A stretch of DNA of 53,473 bases. Source: a virus. The notes beneath the pieces are model-generated. The model had not been told where the DNA came from and did not search any database. It was given only the letters and a program-made list of their open reading frames with translations. Shown piece after piece: positions 27,863-35,488 of this stretch; the stretch's first letter is position 1, and every line of letters begins with the position of its first letter. The stretch lies in the IMG/VR virus record IMGVR_UViG_3300025678_000003, positions 1 through 53,473 of that record. The stretch is one strand, 5' to 3'. The position numbers and the translations under genes are program-made.

Positions 27863-28635
27863 CCATCACCTACACCCCCGGTTTCCGCGAGCACGATGCC
27901 GGCGCTTACCTGGCGAGCGAAAAGCTGGACGGGTACCGCGCGCGCTGGAATCGTGGGCGGCTTTGGCTTCGATCTGGTGCCAGCGTGGAGCCACCTGCCG
28001 AGTGGCTTGCCCAACTCCCGCCCGTCTCGCTCGACGGCGAGCTGTGGATCGGGCGCGGGCAGTTCAACGCGCTGGCCAGCGCCGTGCGCAAAAAATCCTG
28101 TAGCCTTGGCTGGTCGCGGGTGCGCTTCATGGCATTCGACATGCCCGATGAGCCCGGCCCGTTTCATCGCCGCGCGGCAGCCCTGGCGGTGCTGGCCAAG
28201 CGCCATCGCAACGCCGTTTTTGATGTCGTGCCGCAAGTCCGCCTGCAGGACATCGTTCAGACAAAAACCATCTTCCGGGGCATCGTCGCCGAAGGCGGTG
28301 AAGGGCTCATGCTGCACCGCGCCGACGCCCTGCAGCCCGACCGACCCGGCGCCCTGGTCAAGATGAAGCCCGAGCACGATGCCGAGGGCACCGTCATCGA
28401 GCAGATCCAAGGCGCCGGCAAACACGCGGGCCGCCTGGGCGCACTCACCGTGCTGCTACCCAACGGCAAGACGTTCAAGCTCGGCACCGGTTTTAGCGAT
28501 AGTGACCGGCTGTATCCGCCCCGTCTTGGCAGCGTGGTCACGTTCACCTACAACGAACTTACCCCCGCCGGCATTCCACGCTTCGCCAAGTTTCTGCGCG
28601 AGCGCCCGGCCTGCACCCTGCCCACCGCCGCATGA
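27859..28635 (+). CDS. Minimal ATP-dependent DNA ligase (Lig E-like, 258 aa, no signal peptide)
   Basis: Adenylation motif I SEKLDGYRA, LDGELW, FMAFDMP, EGLMLHR, LVKMKP, and an OB-fold tail ending GIPRFAKFLRER. The order and spacing resemble the small Haemophilus/Neisseria-type ligases. Confidence 0.85.
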   Translation: MTITYTPGFREHDAGAYLASEKLDGYRARWNRGRLWLRSGASVEPPAEWLAQLPPVSLDGELWIGRGQFNALASAVRKKSCSLGWSRVRFMAFDMPDEPGPFHRRAAALAVLAKRHRNAVFDVVPQVRLQDIVQTKTIFRGIVAEGGEGLMLHRADALQPDRPGALVKMKPEHDAEGTVIEQIQGAGKHAGRLGALTVLLPNGKTFKLGTGFSDSDRLYPPRLGSVVTFTYNELTPAGIPRFAKFLRERPACTLPTAA

Positions 28636-28889
28636 CCACAATAATCGACCTGGACGGCTATCAAACCGTCACCAGCGCCGCCCAGCGCACGGGCAAGGGC
28701 GAGCGCTGGATTCGCACGCTATGTCAGCAGGGGCGCGTGCCTGGCGCGCACCTGTTCGACGGCACCATCTGGATGGTGCCCATCGCCTGGGCACCCACCG
28801 CACCCGTAGGCAGGCCGCCACGCGCGCCGATCGAGCCCGAGGCGGCGCCCCCGCGCATCGCCGCGCAGGACATCGCGAAAATCCTGTAG
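28632..28889 (+). CDS. HTH DNA-binding protein (excisionase/MerR-like fold, 85 aa)
   Basis: YQTVTSAAQRTGKGERWIRTLCQQGRVPGA. Last gene of the operon. Confidence 0.55.
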   Translation: MTTIIDLDGYQTVTSAAQRTGKGERWIRTLCQQGRVPGAHLFDGTIWMVPIAWAPTAPVGRPPRAPIEPEAAPPRIAAQDIAKIL

Positions 28890-28899
28890 ACCTAGCCGG

Positions 28900-29280
28900 C
28901 TATCCGGTCACCACAATGCGCTCCACAGCGCGCGCCACCGCCCGTTTGCGCGCGCCCCGCTCGGTCAGCTCGCGCTGCATCGGCGTCAGCAGACGGCGAT
29001 AGCGATAGAGTTTGATCGCACCGCGCTGCCCGTAACAGACCTTTTCCAGAAAAGCCATCTTCTCGGTCAAGTGGTTCAACGCATCAAGCACCGTATCCCG
29101 GCTAATCGGCACACCGCACGCCTCCACGTGCTGGCGCACCTCGCCCACGCGAAACCACGTCGACGGGAACCGCGCAAACAGGTCGATCATCTGCCCGCCG
29201 CCCTTGTAGTCGAAGCGTTGCGCATTGGGCGGCAGATCCGCCGCGCGCACGGCTGCGGCGAGATAGTCACCGCGGCTCAC
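28900..29280 (-). CDS. Hypothetical winged-helix-like protein (126 aa, GTG start)
   Basis: The GTG at 29280 overlaps the upstream stop (GTGA). An ATG start at MIDLFARF is the alternative. Confidence 0.45.
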   Translation of the reverse strand: MSRGDYLAAAVRAADLPPNAQRFDYKGGGQMIDLFARFPSTWFRVGEVRQHVEACGVPISRDTVLDALNHLTEKMAFLEKVCYGQRGAIKLYRYRRLLTPMQRELTERGARKRAVARAVERIVVTG

Positions 29281-29852
29281 TTCGCAACCTCTGCAAAATG
29301 CTGCGCCACCCACTCAGGACTGTTCACCTTCGGGCGCGGCAGCGGCTTGCGGTACTCCTCGATCGTCGCCATCGGCACCGGGCGGTTAATCTTGGCCGCC
29401 GCATCGGCCATCGCCTTGCTGATGTTGATGTCGCCCACCTCGCGGGCAAACACCCGCAGCAGATCATCGGCATCGCGGCGGCGAAAATCCTTCGCCACAG
29501 GCACCGCACGCAGCGTACCGGGGCGGCTTCCGCCCTCCCAACCAATTTCCCGTCGCACCAAATCCGGGTCACGCCGCATTGAAGCAATCAGCCCCTTGCG
29601 CGCCCCAAAGCACATCGCCGCGATCACCCGAGCCTGGGACCGGTTGTGCGCCAACCAGCGGCGATAGATCGCATCCACCGCCGCGCCGATCAGCGGGTCC
29701 GGGTCCATGCGCGGCTCGTTGCGGTCCACCTCGCGCTTCCAGTCAACCGGCACCACGCCCTTGCCCGCGTGGCACCACGCCACCCACTGGTCCAGCCGGT
29801 CGATCACATGCCCGGCAAAGGCAAACCGCTCGTTTTTGTACTCCGCGCTCAC
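29277..29852 (-). CDS. Hypothetical protein (191 aa), weakly resembling QuuD-type antiterminators
   Basis: LDQWVAWC...DPLIGAAVDAIYRRWL is loosely reminiscent of the Phage_antitermQ layout. Not firm. Confidence 0.3.
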   Translation of the reverse strand: MSAEYKNERFAFAGHVIDRLDQWVAWCHAGKGVVPVDWKREVDRNEPRMDPDPLIGAAVDAIYRRWLAHNRSQARVIAAMCFGARKGLIASMRRDPDLVRREIGWEGGSRPGTLRAVPVAKDFRRRDADDLLRVFAREVGDINISKAMADAAAKINRPVPMATIEEYRKPLPRPKVNSPEWVAQHFAEVAK

Positions 29853-30478
29853 GCTGCCACCTTACCATCTGGCACGCGCTTTAGCACCGCCCTCGCGCCA
29901 GCCAGCAGGCGCGCAATCGCCTCCGGGTCAGGCGTGCTTGCCCCCGGCGCGGGCAGCGCCAACACCACCGCTGGCACTGGCGGACAATCACCCGCCAGCC
30001 GCGCCGCCAACAAGCGCCGCCAACGCGACTCACTGCGCTGCCATGCGCCGTTGAACAAATCAAACGTGCCCATGTCCGCCGCAGCCCAAAACACCGCCGG
30101 ATGACTCCACACATCGCCACCATCGGCGTGCCGGCGGCGCATCTGCTGTTGCGCTTCGTGCCACGCCGCCTCGGCATCCACCGTCGCCACGCAGAGCTTC
30201 AAAAACTCCGGCAGCGATGGCGGCCAATCCATGCGCATGCGACACAGCCGCAACCCCTGCGCCACCCCCTCCAGCGTCACCCCCTCATCGGCAAAAGCAA
30301 GCGCCCATGCCTCGCGCCAATTGGCCACCGCCGCCTCGCTGGCAAACGCCGCGCGCCAGCGGTTCGGGTACATGCCGTCGAGGCGGTTGAATAGCGCATC
30401 CATGGCCGACAGGCCGCCGCCGCGCGGCTCAAGCCACGCGCTCAGGGTGGATGATTTTTTCGTGTCGGGCAGGGTCAT
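29849..30478 (-). CDS. Replication protein P-like (helicase loader) (209 aa)
   Basis: NWREAWALAFADEGVTLEGVAQGLRLCRMRMDWPPSLPEFLKLC parallels lambda P RRQWVLAFRENGITTMEQVNAGMRVARRQNRPFLPSPGQFVAWC. Start trimmed to the ATG at 30478, preceded by AAGGAC. Confidence 0.7.
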   Translation of the reverse strand: MTLPDTKKSSTLSAWLEPRGGGLSAMDALFNRLDGMYPNRWRAAFASEAAVANWREAWALAFADEGVTLEGVAQGLRLCRMRMDWPPSLPEFLKLCVATVDAEAAWHEAQQQMRRRHADGGDVWSHPAVFWAAADMGTFDLFNGAWQRSESRWRRLLAARLAGDCPPVPAVVLALPAPGASTPDPEAIARLLAGARAVLKRVPDGKVAA

Positions 30479-31277
30479 TTTTTTGTCCTTGGTTGACGTA
30501 GGCGACAGGGTCAAAACGGGCAGCAGGACCACCCCGCGCAGGCGGCGCTCCGCCGCGCGAAACCTCGCCGCGCACCCACTCCGCCTCAAAGCCAACCCAG
30601 CCCCGATCAATGCTCTTGCGAAAGGCGTCCGCCAGCGTCCAGCCGAGCTTTTCTGCCTCCCGCCGAAAGCTGTCCACCACCCCCTGCGAAACGGCACTGC
30701 GCTTGGCTTTGCGATGCGCTCGCCACTCCTCCCACAACGCTGGCGACACATCCTCCGGGCACGCCGCTTTTTTCGCCGCAGCGCGGTTATTTTCTATTCC
30801 GTCAGGAATAGAAATAGGTGATGGTGAAGGGCATTCCTCATGCAATGCTTGTGCAATGCTTGGAGCATGCTTCAAGCATGCTTCGGGCATGCTTGAAGCA
30901 TCCGATTCTGAGCCGCCTGCACCGCCTTGGTCCGTCTTTTTCCAGCGCGCCTCGGCCGCTGTTTTGGCCCGACCACTGGCCTTGGATGATCGATGTGCGG
31001 CGTCTGCCAGCTCGCGCTCCATGCGCTTGCTGATCCACACACCATCATCCACCAAAAAAAACTCCGCCAACACCGGGCGCAGCTTTTTCCACTCGGACGG
31101 CGTCGCCTTCACAATGTTGGCAAGGCGCTTGTCATCGTCAGGCAGCGGCCCGCCTGATCGCCAATAGGCAAACAACAGCAACAGATACCCACCATGCTCA
31201 TCGCGCGACAGGTGAGCCGTATCAGCCATGTAGTCACCAATCCACAGCGGCAACCACGCATCAGTCTTTTTGCTCAT
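30429..31277 (-). CDS. Replication initiation protein, DUF1376 (YdaU-like) family (282 aa)
   Basis: MSKKTDAWLPLWIGDYMADTAHLSRDEHGGYLLLLFAYW is the DUF1376 signature. Sits upstream of the P-like loader and contains iterons. Confidence 0.75.
   Translation of the reverse strand: MSKKTDAWLPLWIGDYMADTAHLSRDEHGGYLLLLFAYWRSGGPLPDDDKRLANIVKATPSEWKKLRPVLAEFFLVDDGVWISKRMERELADAAHRSSKASGRAKTAAEARWKKTDQGGAGGSESDASSMPEACLKHAPSIAQALHEECPSPSPISIPDGIENNRAAAKKAACPEDVSPALWEEWRAHRKAKRSAVSQGVVDSFRREAEKLGWTLADAFRKSIDRGWVGFEAEWVRGEVSRGGAPPARGGPAARFDPVAYVNQGQKNDPARHEKIIHPERVA
30842..30903. repeat. Six 11-bp phased iterons (putative ori) inside the initiator gene
   Basis: GCAATGCTT x2, then GCATGCTT x3, then GCATCC, starting every 11 bp (30842, 30853, 30864, 30875, 30886, 30897). 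An adjacent perfect inverted repeat reads TTTCTATTCC-gtca-GGAATAGAAA at 30791-30814. Confidence 0.65.
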
Positions 31278-31936
31278 CAGGCGCCAGCCCTCCGCGAAGT
31301 CGGCTCACGGCGCTTGGGCACCAGCGGCGCAATCCAACCCGCCACCGGCATCGCCGCCGCCATCGCATCAATACGGTCATTCTCCCGACGCATGCGCGCC
31401 CTGGCGCTTGCCGCTGCCGCCGCCTCCCGCATCGGCTCAGAGATCAACTGCTTCGCGCGGCGATCAGCCTCAGCCTCCACCAGCGCATCAAACCCCGGCA
31501 GCGCCGGCAACAGCGCGCGCCATCGGTGCGGATACACCGACCGGTCGCAAGCCGCCTTGCCCTTGCGCTCCCATGCCAGCAAGCGAGACGCCGTCACCGA
31601 CATCGCACAACCGGCGTCAAACTCTGCGTGCAACGTGGGCGAAGTCGTGCCCGCCTCACCAAACGCCGCCACCCGCCGGCTCTTGGTATCGTCATAGGGC
31701 GGAATCGGCACCTTTCCCACCCGCAGCAAACGCCCCCCGGCGAATGACGAAGTCGAGCCCGGCACCTCTACCAGATAACCACACGCAACCATCGCATGCA
31801 GGCGGGCATACGTGGTCGACGGCTTGCCATTGGGGAACAGGGCCGCCAGCGCGCGAGACCGCATCTCACCCGCCGCCTGCACCGCATTGAACATACGCAC
31901 ATAAGCCGCGTGCGTTTGCGGCGAGAGGAGCATCAT
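31277..31936 (-). CDS. Hypothetical protein (219 aa)
   Basis: Start trimmed to the ATG at 31936, overlapping the upstream stop (ATGA). Confidence 0.55.
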   Translation of the reverse strand: MMLLSPQTHAAYVRMFNAVQAAGEMRSRALAALFPNGKPSTTYARLHAMVACGYLVEVPGSTSSFAGGRLLRVGKVPIPPYDDTKSRRVAAFGEAGTTSPTLHAEFDAGCAMSVTASRLLAWERKGKAACDRSVYPHRWRALLPALPGFDALVEAEADRRAKQLISEPMREAAAAASARARMRRENDRIDAMAAAMPVAGWIAPLVPKRREPTSRRAGA

Positions 31937-32322
31937 GCCGCCACCCGATCCACCGCAGGCGGTGGCACCCACGCCATCGGCCCATCACCGGGCGGCCGGA
32001 TGACCAAGGCATCAGTCACCGCGCGATCAAAGCCCGCCACCGCCGGCGCCTTGGCCACGTAGAACTCCATGCGCCGCTCAGTCCCTGAGCCCACCTCGCG
32101 CTTCACAATCACGCCGCCGGCACGCTCGATGTCCGGCAACCGCGGGTGAATCTCCACGATGTGCAACTCCACCGCCGCGCGAAGCTGGCTCACCCACTCC
32201 GCCTGGTAGCTGCCATCGGGCAAGCGGTGGCCCGGAGAATTAAAACCCATCGCATGCCGCGCCAATCGGTGCGCATGCCCACCTTTCGCCAGCTTGTAAC
32301 CATCATCCGTCTCAGGCATCAC
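31933..32322 (-). CDS. Hypothetical protein (129 aa)
   Basis: ORF within the coupled operon. Confidence 0.55.
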   Translation of the reverse strand: MMPETDDGYKLAKGGHAHRLARHAMGFNSPGHRLPDGSYQAEWVSQLRAAVELHIVEIHPRLPDIERAGGVIVKREVGSGTERRMEFYVAKAPAVAGFDRAVTDALVIRPPGDGPMAWVPPPAVDRVAA

Positions 32323-32328
32323 CCCACC

Positions 32329-32742
32329 TCACACCAGATCGCGCAGCCAGCTCGCCATACGGGCGCGCTCTGCTGCCGTGAAATTTGGCTCCATCAGCCC
32401 GGCAACCGCCAGATCGGGCGCGTTTTTCGCCTTTCGGCGACCACTGATCGCGGGCGACAGCGGCGCCGTCGCGCCCACCGCCACCCACGCCCCATCACCC
32501 CGCGTGCCCAGCTTCACGCCAGCGGGCACTTTTGACCAGCGCACCATGCGCTGCCGAATGGCCTCCACGGTGCGCACATCCTTGGTGGCCTCTTTCAACG
32601 CCGCTGGCGTGCAACCACGAACGCCGCAGCGCAGCAGGTGCGCGTACAAGCGTTCATCCGCCGCACGCCGCTGGGCAGGGTCCATCGTGTACCACGGCGA
32701 ATCCTTCACTCGCGGCCCGCGTGACCCCACCGCCGTGCTCAC
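32329..32742 (-). CDS. Hypothetical protein (137 aa)
   Basis: ORF within the coupled operon. Confidence 0.55.
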   Translation of the reverse strand: MSTAVGSRGPRVKDSPWYTMDPAQRRAADERLYAHLLRCGVRGCTPAALKEATKDVRTVEAIRQRMVRWSKVPAGVKLGTRGDGAWVAVGATAPLSPAISGRRKAKNAPDLAVAGLMEPNFTAAERARMASWLRDLV

Positions 32743-33272
32743 GCCGCCACCTCAATGGTCGGCGGCTCTATGCCCATCTGGTCAAGCCGCTTGTGCACCG
32801 CATAAGCCATGTGCAGCACCGCGTTTTGCATGCTCGCCACCAGATCCGGCTCCGCCATGAACGGGCTGGGCCACTCAAGCGAGCGCGGCGTCGTGCGCGG
32901 CTGCTCCACAGGCCACGCCCCCACCAGCCAGCGGGCAGGCCCGGCCCCGCGCAGCACGGCGGGCACCACCGGCGCCTGGCGCAGCGTCACCACCCACATA
33001 ATCGCCTGCAGCATCGCGGCCAGCGCATCGCAGGCGTGCTGCACATAAGCCGTATCATCCAGCGCCACCACCGAGCTGCGGCACTCCATCCACAGCCGCT
33101 CACTCTCGTCGAGCAGCGCGTGCACGCCCTTGTTGCGGTCGACCGCGCGCTGCAACCAGCGCGCTCGCTCATAGGGGTTGTTGCCATCCACCTCGACAGC
33201 CCGCCGAATCACCACCGCCAGCACCCCAACAAACGGGCGCTGCAGCGGCTTGCGTTTGCTGGCGGCGCTCAT
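32739..33272 (-). CDS. Hypothetical protein (177 aa)
   Basis: Track ORF 32739..33536 trimmed to the ATG at 33272, which overlaps the stop of the 65-aa ORF (ATGA). Confidence 0.5.
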   Translation of the reverse strand: MSAASKRKPLQRPFVGVLAVVIRRAVEVDGNNPYERARWLQRAVDRNKGVHALLDESERLWMECRSSVVALDDTAYVQHACDALAAMLQAIMWVVTLRQAPVVPAVLRGAGPARWLVGAWPVEQPRTTPRSLEWPSPFMAEPDLVASMQNAVLHMAYAVHKRLDQMGIEPPTIEVAA

Positions 33273-33466
33273 GGCTGGCCGTCCGTCAACCCGCCAACCG
33301 CAGACGCCAGAGCCCGCCGCTCCTGCGCCCACGCCAGCGAGATCGCATGGCCGATCAACAGCCGCGCACGCGCCGCCGATGTGGGCGCCACGTAGCCAAA
33401 CACCCCAAACGGCACCGAGCGAAAGAACAGCGCACAGGGAATCGAAGTCATGCCTGGCAGCGTCAT
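33269..33466 (-). CDS. Hypothetical protein (65 aa)
   Basis: Starts by overlapping the DUF4406 stop and ends by overlapping the next ATG. Confidence 0.4.
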   Translation of the reverse strand: MTLPGMTSIPCALFFRSVPFGVFGYVAPTSAARARLLIGHAISLAWAQERRALASAVGGLTDGQP

Positions 33467-33915
33467 ACACCGGCCTCCACGTTGTCGAAATGCTCAAACT
33501 TGGTCGCGCCGCTCCATTCGCCATAGCGAATGCCACGCAGCAACGTCACCGGCGGAAACGGAATATCACCCCACAGCTCGCGAGGCAGCACATCCTCCAG
33601 CATCACGATCTGCAGGCCGCAATCGCGCGCCGTCGATAGCTCCGAATGCGCGCCATCGCTGTACTGCCAGCCCGGCAACAGCACAATCACGTCGCAATAG
33701 GTCAGCTCGCGCGTATCAACACGAATGCACTCATGCCAATAGGCACGCACCTCTCGCGGCGAAGCACCGGGGCACGGGCGAGTACCGCCTGGGTTTAATT
33801 CCGCCGGGTTCACCACCTCAATGCCACGCAGTCGCAGCGCCGCTGCAACCGCCATGAACGCCGGAAAGTTCTCGTCCGGCAGACCACTCATCGGCCCCGA
33901 GATATACGCCCTCAT
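33463..33915 (-). CDS. DUF4406 (nucleoside 2-deoxyribosyltransferase-like) protein (150 aa)
   Basis: MRAYISGPMSGLPDENFPAF...NPAEL...CDVIVLLPGWQYSDGAHSEL is the characteristic DUF4406 pattern. Confidence 0.7.
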   Translation of the reverse strand: MRAYISGPMSGLPDENFPAFMAVAAALRLRGIEVVNPAELNPGGTRPCPGASPREVRAYWHECIRVDTRELTYCDVIVLLPGWQYSDGAHSELSTARDCGLQIVMLEDVLPRELWGDIPFPPVTLLRGIRYGEWSGATKFEHFDNVEAGV

Positions 33916-34325
33916 AGCGCACCCCCACGCACCGCGCCAGCCTGGGCGGCCAACTGGTTGATGTCCACACCCTGGGCTTTCAGCGTAGAGACCAGCCGCA
34001 CGATCGTCTGCATCGCCTGTGCACCCTCGGCAATCGCACGCTGCGCCAGATCCTCCTGCGTCAGCGGCACGGGCGCGGTGTAACCCAACGTCTGCGCCAC
34101 ATAGTTCGCGTAGTAGTGCACCCCCTTCTCGCGGCCAATGCGCACCAGTTGAATCACCTGCTCCGGGTTCAACCGCTCATCCTTGTTCGGGTTCAGGCAG
34201 TTGCGCAGCCACGTCGCCGCCGCATCGGGCTCCTTGTCGCCGCGCAGGGCCGCCCCCACCGCCTTGTAACCACCGATCGCCTGGACAGTGGCCACCAGCA
34301 CCTCGTCCACCGTCTCGTAAAACAT
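33912..34325 (-). CDS. Hypothetical protein (137 aa from the ATG; the track start at 34370 is TTG)
   Basis: ATG at 34325 (MFYETVDEVL...). First gene after the leader terminator. Confidence 0.5.
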   Translation of the reverse strand: MFYETVDEVLVATVQAIGGYKAVGAALRGDKEPDAAATWLRNCLNPNKDERLNPEQVIQLVRIGREKGVHYYANYVAQTLGYTAPVPLTQEDLAQRAIAEGAQAMQTIVRLVSTLKAQGVDINQLAAQAGAVRGGAL

Positions 34326-34478
34326 CGCCTGTTGCTGCACCTTGCACCTCTCGCTGTTAGCGGCCGGCAACGCCGTTCCCCGCCGTTCCCCAAATCAGAG
34401 AACCGCAAGGAGTGACATCACCCAGCCCGAAAAACAAAATGGCCACATGAGCACACACCCATGCAGCCACACCACCAA

Positions 34479-34512
34479 TAAAAAAAGCCCCACGCAGGCC
34501 ATGCGTCAGGGC
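34479..34512 (-). terminator. Rho-independent terminator within the early-left leader
   Basis: The minus strand reads GCCCTGACGCA-TGGCC-TGCGTGGGGC followed by TTTTTTTATT. Confidence 0.6.
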
Positions 34513-34789
34513 ACAGGTCAGCGCGCTGCGTTGCAGTGGAACAGCGCGCTGAATGACAAATCGAAGCCCGGCCGAGCGCTTGGTGCGGTGCCGGGCGCAA
34601 CCGCTGTTGAAGGAGGCGCTACGCATTCCCGTAGACCTAACCGGGGGCAGAATCGCAGCAGGGCTCACGCGCAGCACAACGCTCTGACTTTGTGCGCGGG
34701 AGTAATGGCCACCCACTGCCGGGCGGCGGCCAATGACGGGGCGAGCGTTCCTACAATGGGGACTCCACTCACCCACCATAGGAACGCTC

Positions 34790-34969
34790 ATGGAAAACGA
34801 AGCACCAATCGACGCCCCAAAGATTGTCTTAGCGCTTTTCGGCGCGCTATTGCGACAACCATCAATCAATGCCGAAGCGCTCGGCGAAGACTTCTTCTCA
34901 TCGCTCGCAAGGCACAGCCCCGCGCTTGCGGAAGAGATACAAGCACTACTCACCGATCACCCTCATTAA
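34790..34969 (+). CDS. Small hypothetical protein (59 aa), antisense to the early-left leader
   Basis: AGGAAC, 5 nt, then the ATG at 34790. The product MENEAPIDAPKIVLALFGALLRQPSINAEALGEDFFSSLARHSPALAEEIQALLTDHPH looks protein-like. Its 3' end overlaps the convergent 60-aa gene by 20 nt. Confidence 0.4.
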   Translation: MENEAPIDAPKIVLALFGALLRQPSINAEALGEDFFSSLARHSPALAEEIQALLTDHPH

Positions 34970-35132
34970 GGGCGCTAGACCGAGGCAGAAACACACCTGC
35001 CTCCTTCAACTCATTCACCAGCGCGCGCGCCAGCCGCCTACTTTCCTCAGCATCAAACGGCGGCGGCTTCATCGCCTCCGCGATCACCGGCCGGAGCAAA
35101 CGTGCAGCACAACGAATCAGCCAGCGCTTCAT
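34950..35132 (-). CDS. Small hypothetical protein (60 aa)
   Basis: The ATG at 35132 overlaps the cro-like stop (ATGA). Confidence 0.5.
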   Translation of the reverse strand: MKRWLIRCAARLLRPVIAEAMKPPPFDAEESRRLARALVNELKEAGVFLPRSSALNEGDR

Positions 35133-35413
35133 GCGGCCTCCTTCATCGGCGCCGCATCGCTCGCCGCCGCAGCCAAAGGCTCCGCCGCCGGGCGCGACCA
35201 ATCAATGTCAGGGCGTAAATCCTCGCAGCGCACCTTGCCGTTGGTGGCACGCTCAACCTGCAGGCAGCGCTCCAACGGCAACGGTCTCGCCTGCGGCCCA
35301 TCCGTCTTGAGAAACGCATGAATCGCGGTCACACTCACACCGAGAATTTCGGCGGATTTCGCCGGGCCGCCCATAAGGTCGACGGCCCGCTGCAATGCGG
35401 TCTTTTGGCTCAT
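35129..35413 (-). CDS. Cro/YdaS-like HTH regulator (94 aa)
   Basis: AVDLMGGPAKSAEILGVSVTAIHAFL...LQVERATNGKVRCEDLRPDI fits the YdaS/Cro-type HTH pattern. Divergent from the CI-like gene. Confidence 0.7.
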   Translation of the reverse strand: MSQKTALQRAVDLMGGPAKSAEILGVSVTAIHAFLKTDGPQARPLPLERCLQVERATNGKVRCEDLRPDIDWSRPAAEPLAAAASDAAPMKEAA

Positions 35414-35420
35414 GGCGAGC

Positions 35421-35449
35421 ATAGTACAGCATTGCTTACATGTAATCAA
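35421..35449 (-). promoter_or_regulatory. Early-left promoter (drives the cro-like gene, probably as a leaderless mRNA)
   Basis: The minus strand reads TTGATT, 17-nt spacer, TACTAT, then 7 nt, then the ATG at 35413. Confidence 0.6.
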
Positions 35450-35488
35450 GCATTGATTGAACGGGTTGGCGGGGCAAACAATGGCGGC

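Noticed and set aside
30842-30903. The iteron array and the dispersed hairpin repeats considered as a CRISPR array.
   Set aside because: The iterons are contiguous 11-bp units with no spacers. The 32-bp hairpin repeats are kilobases apart and in both orientations. No cas genes are present.
34342-35310. ORFs 34342..35310 (+, 322 aa) and 34357..34953 (-, 198 aa) covering the structured leader.
   Set aside because: Compositions are low-complexity and Arg/Ser/Pro-rich. They overlap better-supported small genes and a terminator. The region is treated as non-coding RNA or leader.
35420-35449. Upstream starts for the Cro-like gene (track start at 35449; ATG at 35422).
   Set aside because: These positions fall inside the predicted -35/-10 elements of its own promoter. 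The ATG at 35413 is the first start downstream of the -10.
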